Below are positions 1 through 17,816 of a stretch of 64,000 bases of DNA, one piece after another. A program made the translations under genes and the position numbers. This DNA is from the human T2T-CHM13v2.0 reference genome, Homo sapiens. The notes beneath the pieces are model-generated. The model saw nothing but the letters and a program-made list of their open reading frames with translations, had not been told where the DNA came from and ran no database searches. Each line of letters starts with the position of its first letter. Positions within the stretch are counted from its first letter, which is position 1. The DNA is taken from the NCBI RefSeq assembly GCF_009914755.1, contig NC_060939.1. One strand, 5' to 3'.

Positions 1-600
1 TTTATTTTTTGGTTTAATTTCCAAACATTAGGATATTTTATACAAATTTTAATAATATTAATTATGAATATAATACCATTATGATAAGAGTATGCCCGAT
101 TCGGCTTGAATAATTTTTATATTAGAACCTGGTTTAATGCCCAGCATTGAGTCTGTTTAAAATATTCTGTGAGCACTTGAAAAGAAAATGCATTCTGCTG
201 TAGTGAGATATATCTATAAATGTCGCCTAGGTCTAGTTGGTTGAACATACTGTTCACATCTTCAGTATGTTTACTGATTTTTAAAATCTGGTCCTTCTAT
301 CAATCACTCAAAGAAGTATGTTAACATTTCCAAACACAGTTGTAGACTTATCTATTTTCCCTCCTTAGTTTGGCAATTTAACTTAGTGTTATCTCTTTTA
401 TTAGGTCATACACATTACATGTGTGACTATGTCTTTTTAGTGAATTGGTTCTTCATTCTCACAAAATATCTCCCTTAGTTCTGCTCATACTCCTTCTTTT
501 GAAGTCTACTTTGTCTAATACTAGCAGAGCCACCCCAGCTTTCTTAAGCTTTGTAATTATGTCCTCTGTTTATTTGCATCCTTTTAACTATCAACCTGCC
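1..600 (-). mobile_element. Old L1M (LINE-1) ORF2-region fragment, antisense
   Basis: T-rich decayed L1-like motifs (gcacttgaaaagaaaatgcattctgctg, gaagtctactttgtctaata); continues after the LTR at ~1005-1440. Confidence 0.55.
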
Positions 601-603
601 AAA

Positions 604-1004
604 CTCTCTCTCTCTCTCTATATATATATATATGAAAGAAAGGGAGAGAAAGACATTATAAGGAATTGGCTCATGTGATTATGGAGGCTGGCAAGTCCCA
701 AAATCTACACCGTGAGACTCAGCAAGCTGGAATCTTAGGACAGCCACTGGTTTAGTTCCAGTATGTGCCCAAGAGCTAAGAACTTGGAAGGCTGAGGGTG
801 TAGTTTAAGTCCAAAGGCTGGCAGGCTCATAACCATAAAAAAGTCAATATGTCAGTTCCAATCCAAAGACAGGAAAACACCTGATGTCTCAGTTAAAAGG
901 ACATTAGGCATCTGAAATATCCTTTCAGAAACACACAAAATAATGTTTAACCAAATATCTGGGCACTGCATGGGCCAAATTCACACATAAATTTAATCAT
1001 CGCA
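604..1004. mobile_element. MaLR (MLT-type) solo LTR fragment with (TC)n(TA)n microsatellite at 604-632
   Basis: aaggaattggctcatgtgattatggaggctggcaagtcc ... cacacataaatttaatcatc are typical MLT motifs. Confidence 0.6.
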
Positions 1005-1465
1005 CTGAGGTTATAATTTTTAAATCTATTTTAGAAATGTCTTCCATTTTTCATGGAACATTTAACGTAATTACTGATAGGGTAGAGTATAAGTTGACTG
1101 TATTGGTACTTCTTTTATCTGTGTGTTATCATTTGTTTCACATTTATGGCTAATTAAGTATTTTAGTATTCCATTTTATCTTCTGCATTGGCTTTTGGTT
1201 TATATCTTATTTGTTTTTTCAATGGTTACACATTATATAATATACATATTTAATTTAGTGCTGTCTACCTCAAAAATACTATCTACTTCATTAATAAGAG
1301 CTTTACAATGTATAATTCCAGTTAAACTTCTTACAACTGTTGTGTTCTCATTGTCATTTATTTTACATCTATATTTGCTTTAAAACCCCACAATAGGTAG
1401 CTATTCCTTTTACTTTAAATAGCCAGTGAGCTTTTAAAAAATTATATGTATATATACATATGAAG

Positions 1466-1530
1466 ATATCTATGTATCTATCTGTGTATCCATCTATGTA
1501 TCTATCTATCATCTATCTATCTATGTCTAT
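1466..1530. repeat. (TCTA)n-type microsatellite
   Basis: Imperfect tatctatc repeats seen directly. Confidence 0.75.
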
Positions 1531-1690
1531 GAAGTCCTTGCTTTAAACAAAACAATATTTAACTGACATTTACACACACAGGAAAAGTGTAACTTACTTT
1601 GCACAATTCTGTGGTAGCTGAGATCTTCTGCAAAGCAAAACACGCATGAGTTGCAGTCAACACACTATTGCGCAAAATGAGGACTACCTG
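1531..1690. mobile_element. Possible Tigger-derived MITE
   Basis: Decayed terminal inverted repeats: aagtccttgcttt ... aaaatgaggactacctg. Confidence 0.4.
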
Positions 1691-1819
1691 CATTATATAT
1701 ATGTGTGTGTTTAATTTTAATTATATAAATATTTGCATGTAATATATGTAAAGCATATTATATCAAATATATTAAACTAATATAAACATAATTGTGTGTA
1801 CATTGTATATACCTTCTCA

Positions 1820-2200
1820 TTAAGCAAAATTTACTGAGCACTTACTATATAACAAGCAGTCCTGTAGGTTCTGGAAATACATCATTGAAGCATACAGGCA
1901 AAAATCTCAGCCCTTCGAGAGCTCATATTCTAGTATAGGGAGAGAGACAATAAGTATAACAAGCACATTGTAGTACATGCTATAAGGTAATGAAAGCTAT
2001 GGAGATAAAGAAACAGGAAGTCATTGCAGAGAATATGACATTTTGCAAAGTCTTGAAGGAGAGGCAGGCTAGATGCAACATTAAGATTCATGGAGGGATA
2101 TATTTTAGCATATGGCAAAAAGTGGGTTGCCATATGAGAAAATCTGATTAAAGGCATTAGTGACTAGGAACCCATTTCAGCTATCTCTAGGAGAAGCCTA
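1820..2200. mobile_element. L2 3'-end fragment
   Basis: tttactgagcacttactat...ggagagagacaataa motifs typical of L2. Confidence 0.5.
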
Positions 2201-2964
2201 GAGACCTGGAGATTCACTGGGCAATGACTAGCACCTGGCTACTTGATGAAAAGGAAACTCAAGTGGCAACATCCAAAGCAGAAGTGAAGTAAGCAAAGTG
2301 GCCATGTTCATTGAGGTAATGGATTAAGAAATGATAAACTGGGTCCCAGCACTCTATTCACCTGGATGATCTTGTACAGTGGATGCAGGGCAGTGGTGGA
2401 TTATCTCTAGATCCTACTCACTAGTCTGGAGGAAGTGTCCCAGTAATCCTATGGAGGCTTTGTATAATAGACAATCAGAAAGAAAGGCATGTGGGGTTTC
2501 TGTACTCATATCTGGGTACTCAGTGTTCTTTCTGGCAGTTTCTTGTTCATTCTTTAAATTCAGTTGGGTGTAATGAAGGGAAGATTCAGCTGTTTTTCAT
2601 ACTGTGCTTTTAAGAAGATAATTAGACTAAGCACATAACATGTCTTCATACTCGTATAATGCATATTAAATAATTGTAAATGCCTACTAGTGGCACGTTT
2701 TATTACACACACAGAAACACACACACACACACATGCACACATCATGTACTTTCTGGCTCCCTTCATACCTTCTGCATATCCAGGTTTCCATCACCTCTCA
2801 GTTTCTTTCAGCCTGAAAAACTTTCCTTAGCATTTCTCATAGTGTAGATCTGCATGAAACAAATCCCCTCAGTCTTTGTCTGATGATGACTTTATTTCAC
2901 TTTCATTTTGTAAAGAAATTTTGTTGGATATAGAATTATAAACAGACAATCCTATTTTTCCTTA

Positions 2965-4840
<1,876 letters not shown>

Positions 4841-4849
4841 TTTGAAAAT

Positions 4850-6600
4850 GAACAAAGATGTTTTGTCATTGTCTCCTTGCAATAAGACATCATTATTCTT
4901 TGTTTCACTGTATTGTAATGTTCTCTCCCATTCAGCTACTTTTAAGATTTTATCTTTGATTTTCAGCAGTTGGACAAAAATAAGCAAAAGCGCGAGTTTC
5001 TATGTATTTATCCTGACTGGGATTCACTGAGCGTATTGGGTAGGTAGGATAATACATTTCACCATTTTTACAAAATCCATGGCCATTATCACTGCAAAGA
5101 ATTCTTCTCGCTTATTTTCTCTCCTATTGTCCTGTACCTCCGATTACAAATGTGTTATGACTATATTTTTAAATTGCCTCATGGCTCTTCAGTGCTTTCA
5201 CTCTTTCTCTCTCTCTTCCTTTGTGTTTCAATTTGGATGCTTTTCATTCTGCCTTCATGTTCCCTGATTGTCTCTCTTGCTGCTGTATCCAGTCTGCTAT
5301 GAAGCCTATTGAATGAATTAGTCATTTTGATGTTGTATTTTTCTTTAATAACATTTCTGTTTGTCCTTTTTGTAGTTATCTTTTTGCCGTAATCCTCATT
5401 TGCTCATGTATCTTGTCTACCTTTTGCACCAGATACTTAAACATATTTATCATAGTTCTTTTAAAGTTTTTCCTTGCCAATTCACACATTGAGATTACCT
5501 CTAAGACTTCTTCTACTGGTTGTTTTCTTGCTTGTTCATGCTTCACATTTTTCTGCCTCTTCCTATATTTCTTAATATTTTTTATCAGGAGATAATGTGT
5601 ATGAACAAATAGAGACTGAAGAAAGTGATATTTACTCCCAGAAAAAGTGCAAGCTTTCTTCTATCAGACCAATAATACGTGGGACTGAAACAATCTAATA
5701 CGCGGTTGAGTTAGATAAGATATTTTTTTGCAAGTATACTTAGATTCAGCTCCACACTGAGAATTTCACATAGTTTGAGGGTGAGAGGAAGACATTCCTT
5801 TAAGCGGAGCTTCAAATTTAAGACCAGAGAGACTTCAGATATCTCTGTATGCATTAGCCCCAGCGGCTTGTTTTATGTTTTATGAATATAGGGAATCTCT
5901 CTGTCTCTGTGTTTTGCTGTCCTCTCCTTTCTCCTGCTTGTATTTTTTTTCTTTAAACCCACTTGCTAGTTTTGTTGTTGTTGTTGTTATTGTTCAATGG
6001 AGAGTTTTCTTTACTCTCCAGCTCTTTTCCTGGCTTGTCCTGTAGCCTTAGGAGATTATTCTTCTTCCTAATTCTCTGCCTCTAGTCTTTGTCGGCCCAT
6101 TGATGTGCACTCAAGGAAGCTTTTGTGCACCCTGGGAGGATTGCTTCAGTTCTCTTTTTCTGCACAAAATCCCTACGGGCTGCCACCTTGCACTTAGGTA
6201 GCATCTGTGCACCCTACAAGGTCTTTCTCAGCGTCCTGTATCATGGCAGCCTTCCCCTAGCCACTACCTTGCGTTGAGTAAAGAGTCCATGACTCTTCAC
6301 CTCCCCAGCCCTGCTTTCAGCCATTGGTGTGCTCCTCTTATGCAGTTAGTGAAAGCCCTGAAGGAGTGATTTGGCAGGTGGATTTCAACTTCCTTCAGAC
6401 TCCTTGTAATTCTAATCTGTCATGCTAAATAACACGCAGTCAATATAAATTAGTTAATAGTTCGGCCATTTCCTCAATGGAGCCATCCATGGTGAGTAGA
6501 TTCCTATTTCTGCATCACATCCAGAAGGGATTAAAGTAGCAACAAGGCTCTTTGCTGTCTGATAATTTTATGCTTTATCCATATTTATCTTATGATTAGT
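4850..6600 (-). mobile_element. Old L1M ORF1/5' region fragment, antisense
   Basis: Decayed T-rich L1-like motifs (ttttatctttgattttcagcagttg, tccagtctgctatgaagcc). Confidence 0.45.
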
Positions 6601-8379
6601 GTGGAACTTTTAGCTTCCAACCCAGAAGTCCTTTCCAAACCTTTTATCCAAAGAATCCCCAAAAGGCATAGAGGATTCATCACTGTGAAATAGAACTGGA
6701 GATACCACTGTAATGACCCTGCTTACCCCTGAAATTTCCTTGACATCTGATGATTTATATTAAAAGTTTACCCAAAGTGGACATTCTACTTCAAAATATG
6801 ACAGGGTCAAAGAATAAAGGTGCCAGTGTAAAAAACTTCATTTCAGTGTAAAAAACTTCATTTACACTTCATTTCAGTGTAAAAAACACTTTGATTAACT
6901 CTGCTACACTCTACTATCAGTCTGGGAACTACATATCTGTGCCCCAAGTTGTGAAACGCTTAGGGCAGCACAGAATAGGAAATGTGTGACAAAGAGCACT
7001 GTTGTTACTGCCAGTACAGAAAATCACTAAGTATATTCAGGGCATGAGTCTACAAAGGAGAGAGGGAGCAATTGGAAGGATATTTGGATGAGCTGAGAGA
7101 AAGTTGCTGTCTACAAGGAGATGTGATGTGGTGGTGGAAGAGTTGTATTTTTACTTAATAAAATGCACAAATGCAGAGAGACTGCGTCTAGGAACCACCT
7201 ATGAACAGTAAAAGGACAAAACATTGAAGCGACTTCTCACGTTGTCTAGATTTCCTCATGAAATAGGACAGGGTGAGCTTGAGGACAGTGAGGGTAGATT
7301 GTAGTGTGCTGTTGGGAAGAGGATGCAGATTTGACTAGGGTCTGGCAGATGCATTTCCCAATGAGTTAGGAGTACACAAATGTGCAGAAGTTTTGATCCC
7401 CAGTGGACAGATGAAGGAAGGAGATATTGGACTCATTGGAGCTTGGGATTTGTTATATGCAAGTCACAGGCAATTGAGAGGAGCTACATGGAGGAAGGGT
7501 GCATAGAGCATACCACTTAACCCCTTAGTTCTTAAGTGTGATTTAACCCCTTAGCTCTTCCTTTCCACACCCAATCTTGTTTATTTATTTATTTATTTTT
7601 TGCCACCCTACTTCTCAGACAGTCTTGAAATATACAGTATTCTCAGGCCTGCTTCTCACTATCTGCCCTCCATTGCATTGTTAAGGACATCCTTGGGCTT
7701 AGCTATATGTTGAAAAGTTCTTTGTGGCTTCTCATCCCCACATTCTTTGGTTCTGTCATGAGCATCTCCTGAAAACTAAATTCCCATCCCAAGAGTTTCT
7801 GGAGAACCACGCATCTGATGGGAAGGGAGAAATGGAATCAGTCACAAGGTGGCAGAGTTCAGCCACACCCTTCACTAACAGCCTGGAGAGACCTCAATTT
7901 CTTCTTGAACCAATGTGGAGGGTTTTGGGGTTGAGGTTCCTCTTGTTCTGCTGGGTCTACTAAGAATGGAGAATGAGCATTGACAACAGCTCTACTGAGC
8001 TCCCTCAAGGCTGGGCTGGGATGAGGTTCCAGCGGGGGTGCCCATGAGAATGCATCTTCCAAGTACACCCAAGGAAATTTGCCTGGTGAAAGGTGAAGGG
8101 GAGTGGACAGAGCAGTATCACCTGCACATTCGGTTCTGCCTGGATAAGGGAATATTGAATTCCTCAGTAAACAAACAAGTAATAAAATAAACATGGAATG
8201 GAAGCTGATGGGTGTGTAAAGAGAGTTTCTGAATGAGCCATATCGGCTGGGGAGAAGGACGTGACCCTGGGCAGCTCTCTGCTACATTCCATCTCCCTCA
8301 CCCAATTCCATCCACATGGGTCTCCTTGCAGACCTTGGATCCAGTCCCAGCACCTGGACAATTGCAGAGGCAATGTCCT

Positions 8380-8710
8380 CTGTTCCAAATGCTTTACTCC
8401 TTCACGAAGAAATTCGTGTGGCTCACTCCCTCGTGTCTTTCAGGGCTCTGCCCAAGGGTCATCTCCTCAGAGAGGCCTTCCCTGACAACCCTGTTAATGT
8501 TAGTCCCTTATTCTACTCTAAGACTTGTGGCTTGAAGTTTTCTTGTACTTTTAAAATTTGCATTACCTATCTTCTCCCACTAGACTCTATGGTCCATGCT
8601 GGCAGGGACTTCGAATCCTTCATTCAGTGCTGTAGCGCATGTTTCTAGAACAAATATTGGCACACATACATTTTCAGTCACTATTTTATTTATTAATCAA
8701 TAAATGCATG
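8380..8710. mobile_element. L2 3'-end fragment
   Basis: ctcctcagagaggccttccctgacaaccc, ccactagact...gcagggact, terminal taaatgcatgaa. Confidence 0.6.
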
Positions 8711-8829
8711 AAAGCACACACACAAAAAGAAAACACACCAACATGCTGAGAGTGGCTATTTTCTCCTCCTGCAAGTGGGTTCTCTTTACACCTTTCAGAA
8801 TTTTATTTTACATAATTTTCTAAATTCTG

Positions 8830-9030
8830 TACAGTTTCTAGGGCCAGACCACCTTGGATGAAAAATCCCAGTGAGGTCATTAACAAGCTAGTGATCAAGA
8901 GGATATGAGTTAACATCTATGTTTTTCAGTTTCCTCCTCTATAAAATGCTGGTAATAATAACACGTACTCTTGCTTGTTGAAAGGATCACATATTAAGTG
9001 TTTTGTAAGCATGAGCCATTGTGGTTCATA
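8830..9030. mobile_element. MIR fragment
   Basis: Core tcagtttcctcctctataaaatg..gtaataataa. Confidence 0.6.
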
Positions 9031-9243
9031 TGATAATTACTATGCTATCATATCATGAAGACAGTTATGATTTTACAGACTTATAAAAGTGCATCCTTTC
9101 TCTTTTTATGACATAGCATTTATAATCTGCTTATTGTAAAATGTTGGATTTTAGTTTTCTCACATTATCTGGCACATCATGTATTCAAGAGGATGAATGC
9201 CATACTTTTCCCTTAAAAATAATTATTTAAAAAATGTAGTTCT

Positions 9244-9825
<582 letters not shown>

Positions 9826-10646
9826 TATATAGTTCTATCTCTGGCACTACTATTAGCACTCGTTTATTTTAAATTTTCATTTTGCAATAATTTTAGACTT
9901 ACATGGAAGTTGAAAAAATAGTATGGAGAGTTCCTATGTCCGTTTTGTCTAGCTTCTTCCAGTGATGCTAACTTACATAAGCATAGTAAAAATAATCAAA
10001 ACTATGAAATTAACATTGGTATAATACTACTAAGTAAACTACTGACCTTGTTCCGATTTTGCCAGTTTTGAAATGCACTCATTTCTGAGGGAGCTTATAG
10101 TTCTATGAAATATTACATGGATAGATTTGTGTAACCATCAACATAGGATACAGAGCTGTTCCATCCTCACAAAGAAATTCTCTGTTACCCCTTTTCAGTC
10201 ACAGCTGCCCACTAATCTTGGAAACCACTTATCTGTTACATTCAATGCTATAATTTTGTCTTTTCTAGAATGTTATTAAATTGGTATTGTAGAGTATGCA
10301 ACCCTTTGATATTTCTTTTGCTCTGAATACATATAAGGTCTTTCAGATTTATTCAAGTTGCTATGTGTAACAATATTTAGTTCCTTTCTGTTGCTGAGTA
10401 ATATTGTATTGAATATATGTACCACAGTTTATCCATTTGCATGTTGGAAAATATATGGCTTGTTTCTAATTGTAGGTCATTGCAACGTAGTTTTGGTATG
10501 AACATATGCCTTTATTTCTGTACAGTAAATAACCAAGAATAGAATAATTGGGTTACGCTTAAGGATGTGATAACTTTGTAAGAAACTGCTAAACCATTTT
10601 GCAGAATGGTGTATGTATGCTTGTACATTCCCCTGGCACTATGTGA

Positions 10647-11017
<371 letters not shown>

Positions 11018-11337
11018 GACAGTATATTTTCTTTTGTCATAATTTACAGCATATTTTATTATATTTTACATTTCTGTGTATAGTGATACATTATTGTGAC
11101 ATTAGTTTGCATTTTCCTAATGGCTAATGGTGTTGACCATCTTTTTTTTGTTGTTTATGTGTTTGCCTTCCATCTACTGGTTCAATCTTTGACTATTTTC
11201 TAATAGGATTGTTTGTTTTCTTAATGTTGAGTTTAGAGAGTTGTTTATATATTCTGGATATAAATCCTTCTGTGGACTTGTGGTTTGCAAATACATTCCC
11301 CAAGTCTGTGTCTTTTTATTCTCTTAACAGTGACTTC

Positions 11338-11737
<400 letters not shown>

Positions 11738-12236
11738 TTATGCTTTTGGTGTCCTAAGATCTCTGCATCTAACACCATTTTATGACAATTTCCCCCCTGT
11801 GTTTTCTTTTAAAAGTTTTATAGATTCACATTTTCCATTTAGAGCTGTAATCCATTTTGAATTTATTTTTGTATGAAGTGTGGGGTTTATGTTGAAGGTT
11901 TGGGGGTTTGTTGGTGCATGCTGATGTCTAATTGCTCCAACATCATTTGTTGAAAAGGCTATCCTTCCATTGAATTACTTTTGCACCTTTGTCAAAAATC
12001 AGTTGGCTGTACTTGTGTGGTTCTAATTCTGAGTTATCTATTCTGCTCCAGTGATCTATGTGTCTATCCCTCTGCTAAATACCACTGTCTTGATTGCTGA
12101 ATTGTGCCTTAAGCCTTAAAATTGGTAGAGCACACTTTTTTAACTTAATTCACTTTTTACAAGTTATTTTTTCTTTAGCTGTTCTAGTTCCTTTGCTTTT
12201 CAATATTAATTTTAGAATCAGCTTGTCTATATCTAA

Positions 12237-12667
<431 letters not shown>

Positions 12668-13557
12668 ACATTTTTTACACAAAACAAAGACTAATTAACA
12701 GTGCTAATTAGTAGTAATTAATGATAGGATTAATAAACAAGTAATATATATGAAAAATATAACAATGTTTTATATTTCTTGTTACAGCAATTTATTTTAA
12801 TTCCCAATTGCATACTTATATATTGTAGGCTATATTCAGTTATTCTTAAAATATGTAATCATATGACTTTTAGGAGGAGAATGTAAATTAAAAATGACTA
12901 TAGGATATTCTAATATTCAATTTAAAAGTAAGAATGACATTTTTATTTCTGTCCAGTGATACAGTGGGATATATATATTTTTTCTTCTTCTGTTTCCTTT
13001 TTAGTAATATTTCTCTATACTGCCTACAGCCTTCATGATATCTTTCTTTTATTTTATGTGGTGATAAAATTGAGTACAGTCAAACATATAATTCACTTTG
13101 ACTTGCTGCTCTGTTCTCATCAAGTCCACATTACATTGATTCCAGTGGTAAGTCTGATGTAAAAACATAGCTAAATATGTTTACAAAAAGAGTGTTTGGA
13201 CATAAGATATTTAGGATTTTACTTACCAGCAGCAGCAGAGTTTTGAATTTGACCAAATTCATGTCCAGCTTTCAAAAAAACACCACTCACTTTGTATTTA
13301 AAGGGTTATTTTCGTAGACTATCTGTTTGTTAATGAGATCATTTGCATCTAGAGATCCATCATATAGGCTGCTGACATGTAAAAAAGTCCATGATTTATG
13401 AACATTCATAAGTGTATTGGATGCTATCATAAGTTAACCCTCTTTGTCATGAAAATGGCTTCAAAGCACAGAGGTAATTTGAAGTTGTGAAATCAAATTT
13501 GTATTCTAAATAATTTACAATTTCTAAAAAGAAATTGAGAAAATTCTGTTTAAAACA

Positions 13558-13853
<296 letters not shown>

Positions 13854-14830
13854 TTAACTTAGCTGATCTTTTCTGATGACCTTTTCTCGTGTTCTGAAAT
13901 AGTATCATTTCCCTAAAACATGAGGGTTTTTGTTCATCCTGTTTTTGCTGTATTAGTTTTTGTTGCAACCAGAACACAACATCACGTAACTCAAATGCAG
14001 CCAGCTTATCATTTTCTAGGCTCCATATGACCTCTTCAAAGATCACCAACAGTTTTGGGAAAAAAGCATATTCACTTCTGTTGCATTTTTCTCCCCTTCT
14101 CTTTATTCTCATCCTTAATTTGCTTTCAGATTAGAGAACATTCTTCTTCTTTCATACTCTGAAAACATGATTTTATGGCAGGCTAACATTTTGGTATCTT
14201 TTCTACGGCTGGCCGCAATGCAAGCTGTCTTGTGGGCATAGGTGTAAGGATGCTATCTCCTTCCATTTCCATAAAGCCGAAGTTATGATTCTTGTTTCTG
14301 TATGTTTTAAGAAAACTGAAAAGTGGTGAAAAATTTTAATTATGAAAGCCTTAAAATCACAAGTAAGCACACCAGGCCCCTTTTTAGCAGTTCTATATTA
14401 AATGTGTGTGAGGCATTTAGTAGGTAATATCTTTTCTTTGATAAGAAGTTCATAGACTGAATGGAGTCTGGCAAATTTACATTTGTGCTGTCTGCCAGAT
14501 ATGCATATAGATGAGCAAATTCTAGTTCAGATTTGGAAAAGATGTTAATAATCTTTTGTTTCATGTTTTCTGTGGTTTAATGAAAAGTTTCATAGAAACC
14601 AAAAGATAATTTAAAGCTCCATTTTTCAAATAAACATGTCTAAAATGTGGAGTGCATTTTTTTTTTGGTTATCATTATTTGACGCATCACTTGCTGTATT
14701 GTAGGGAGCATGATTGACAGTAAGACTTGTCAGAGTCAGCTCTACACTGTAAAGAACCAATGTATCTATTATCAAAATTTCCCATTTTGTTTGTTGAAAG
14801 ACATTTTCAATGCAACTTGTAGGTTAACAT

Positions 14831-15139
14831 AAATCAATAAAATGATATAATGATGTGTGCTGGTTTGTATTGTATACCAAAACTAATACAATGTTTTAGT
14901 TTTCCAGAATATCCACTTCTAGTTACTCTGCACTTTCTGGATAAATGGGTTGCTCCAGTGCAGGGCTATGATTCTCTGTCTTGAGCTAGGCATCTTTATT
15001 AACTGTGAACCTCATATCTCTTGTAGGATATGTCACTGAATGTTCGAATAATTTTAAAGGTAATGTAACTTTACTCATTTTCAAATAGAAATCAATAAAA
15101 TGATATAATGATGTGTGCTGGTTTGTTTGGTATACCAAA
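14831..15139. repeat. 51-bp direct repeat (14831-14881 / 15089-15139) flanking a copy of 18544-18726
   Basis: aaatcaataaaatgatataatgatgtgtgctggtttgt..gtataccaaa occurs twice; the interior matches the 18.5-kb region. Confidence 0.9.
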
Positions 15140-15319
15140 GGTAATTCAGTGGCTGCCATTTTCAACTGAACATCAGTGTTTGTTTAGGAGACCAAAAATC
15201 CAAAAAATAACAGAAATAAAAGAAAAGAAAAGAAAAAGAGAAAAGAAACTTTTGTTCCTTTTAGAATTACGTGCTTATATCATCCTTAAATGGTAAAATT
15301 TAGTCTTCACACAGAGGGA

Positions 15320-15542
15320 TGATAATGAAAAGACACAAAAAGAAGACAGTCATCTGCACCATCTACAAGCCAAGCAAAGAGACCAGGAACAGATCATGTT
15401 CTCACTGCCCCCAGAAGGAACCAACCCACTGACACCTTGATCTGGGACTTCCAACCTCCATAACTGTGAGGAGATAGATTTTTGTTGCTTAAGCCACCCA
15501 ATCTATGGTACTTTGTTACGGCAGCCCTAGCAAAGTCACACA
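15320..15542 (+). mobile_element. MLT1 (MaLR) LTR 3' part
   Basis: ccagaaggaaccaaccc...aagccacccaatctatggtactttgttacggcagccctagcaaa. Confidence 0.75.
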
Positions 15543-16200
15543 GATCATGTAACCTCCTCTACCATACCCAGCCCCACATTATTTTTCTGCCTATTGTGCA
15601 ATATGCTCTGTTTTGTTTACTTACCTTTGTAATACAGTTGTCTGTGTCCTTCATGTACCATTAAAATAACACAATCATTTAGCCTTCTGGGCCTTGCTGC
15701 ATTGGTATTGTAATTGTTTGTGTTTTTACTATCTGAATTATTAGAAAATATGGTCTCAAGGTTTGTAAAGTTAAAAACTGAACTAGCACAAAATTGATTC
15801 AAAGTAGAACAGTTAATCCACAGCTAAAGTCAAATACAGACAAACACTCATGATTACAACATGCTTCATTTACATATTTAAGTCACAAGAGTTAGAATGA
15901 TTCACGATTTGCAGCTCACAGTAATTCACTGATCACTGTGAACTGCAAATCGTGGTTATACGCATTAGTGGTCAGGAAAAAAACAGTGACAGCAATTACA
16001 AGAAACAGATAATATGTGCTGTCTCCATTTGGCAGTAAAATGCATACAGCCCTTGTTTGGGTGATGCCATATGGGTTTTCTAGTTTTTTCTCCAATCTTC
16101 TTTACTCATGGCCAAAAATTTGGGGTTTTTCACATCCCACAGAGGGGATTCCTAGAAAGTGGGACTTCTGGTGCCAAAATCAAGACAATTCCAGATAAAC

Positions 16201-17040
16201 TGCTGGGATTTTGATAAAAATTGCATGAATCCTACATGTCTGTTTGATCTGTTTACCATGTTGAGTCTTCTGATCTATGAACATGATATTTCTCTCCATT
16301 TATTTAGGTATTTTTTGATTTTCTAATCAGTGCTTTATAAGCTTTTCAAAATAGAGATCCTATATGTTTTGATGTATGTATTCATAAGTATTTTTGAGTT
16401 ATTATAAATGGTACTGAGTTTTAAATGTTTAAATTTCTGTTTCCAAGAGTTATTGCTGGTATATAGAAATGTAATTGGTTTTGTGTGTTGACCCCGTATC
16501 TTGTGACATTGCTAAAGTCTCTTCTTAATTCAGGTATGGTTTTTTGGACATTATTTGAGATTCTCTACATAGACAATTATGCCATCTGCAAATAGAAGTA
16601 GCTTTATTTCTTCATTTTCAGCCTGTAAGCATTTTACTTCCTTTTCCTGTCTTATTGAACTGGCTAGGACTTTCATCACCAAGTGGAAAAGGAGTGATAA
16701 GAGTGGACAGCATACTCTACCCTTCCCTCCAATCTTAGAGGGAAGCATCCAGTTTTTGGTCATTAAACACACTAAGCAATGTTAACTATAGTAGTAGTTG
16801 TTGTTTCTTTTATAATGTGCTTTACCAGGTTGGTAATGCTCTTTTCTGTGCCTAGATTGCTGAGAGCTTTTGTTATGAATGGGAGTTGAATTTTGTCAGA
16901 TGCCTTTCCTGCATGCATTGACATGATCATGTGGTTTTTCTTAAGATTACAGATATGATGAATATACTGAGACAGTCTTGCATTTGTGGAACAAATAAGA
17001 AATGCAGTGGTGGTACCTTGTACATATCGGTAAATTAAAT
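16201..17040 (-). mobile_element. Old L1M ORF2 (RT region) fragment
   Basis: ORF 16551-16772 contains IKLLLFADGIIVYVEN, a decayed FADD motif. Confidence 0.85.
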
Positions 17041-17782
17041 TTTCTAATATCTGCTGGAGTCTCCCATGAGAGATTCTCCTGGGAAGATCCCCTGCCTTCT
17101 CCATTCTATGGGACACATCTGGGACTGTCTTTCTCTCTCATCACTTTCCTTCTCTGTCTTAAATTTTGACTTTCCCTGACACTCCTCTGGGAAAATAGAA
17201 GCACCATCAACTTTCTGCCACAGATACAACAGGTATACATCAATCAGTCATTTCATACTTCTGTCTCATTCCTATGGACGATGCATTCCCAATCCTGTAT
17301 AGTAACTCCATTTTATAATATAGATCTCGCCATGTCTTCAATACTGGTATCTCTCCATCAACCATTGAATATATACATCATTTATATTCACATCCTGCTC
17401 CATACTTAATTCGCTGAAGTTTGGTTTCTGTTGACAACTATCCCATTGAAATTGTTCTTCATAAAATGAAAATAATCTCTTTATGAGTAATTTCAGTAAA
17501 CACTTCTTAGTTATTTTATTGCTTCATGCCTCAACTAAATTTAACAACTGACCAATCCCTCCTTTGGCATTTCTAAAACTACATTCTCTAAATCTCACTT
17601 ATTCCTAATCTCTTCCCACTGTTTCTTGATATTATTTGAGAGTTATCTTTCTGCTTTTCCATGTAATATTTGTTCTCCTCAATGCTCCATCCTGCACCTC
17701 TTCCCTCTCACTCTCCGAGATTCCCAAACTCATATGCCTTTAGGAACAAAAAGTAATGTAAGTACCTGAGGATAGCTGGTGT

Positions 17783-17816
17783 ATTGCTTCTCGGCCTTTT
17801 GGCTAAGATCAAGTGT
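17783..17816 (+). pseudogene. 3'-truncated U2 snRNA retropseudogene (first 34 nt) with 13-bp TSD
   Basis: attgcttctcggccttttggctaagatcaagtgt matches the U2 5' end ATCGCTTCTCGGCCTTTTGGCTAAGATCAAGTGT with one CpG-type change; flanked by ggatagctggtgt at 17770-17782 and 17817-17829. Confidence 0.93.
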
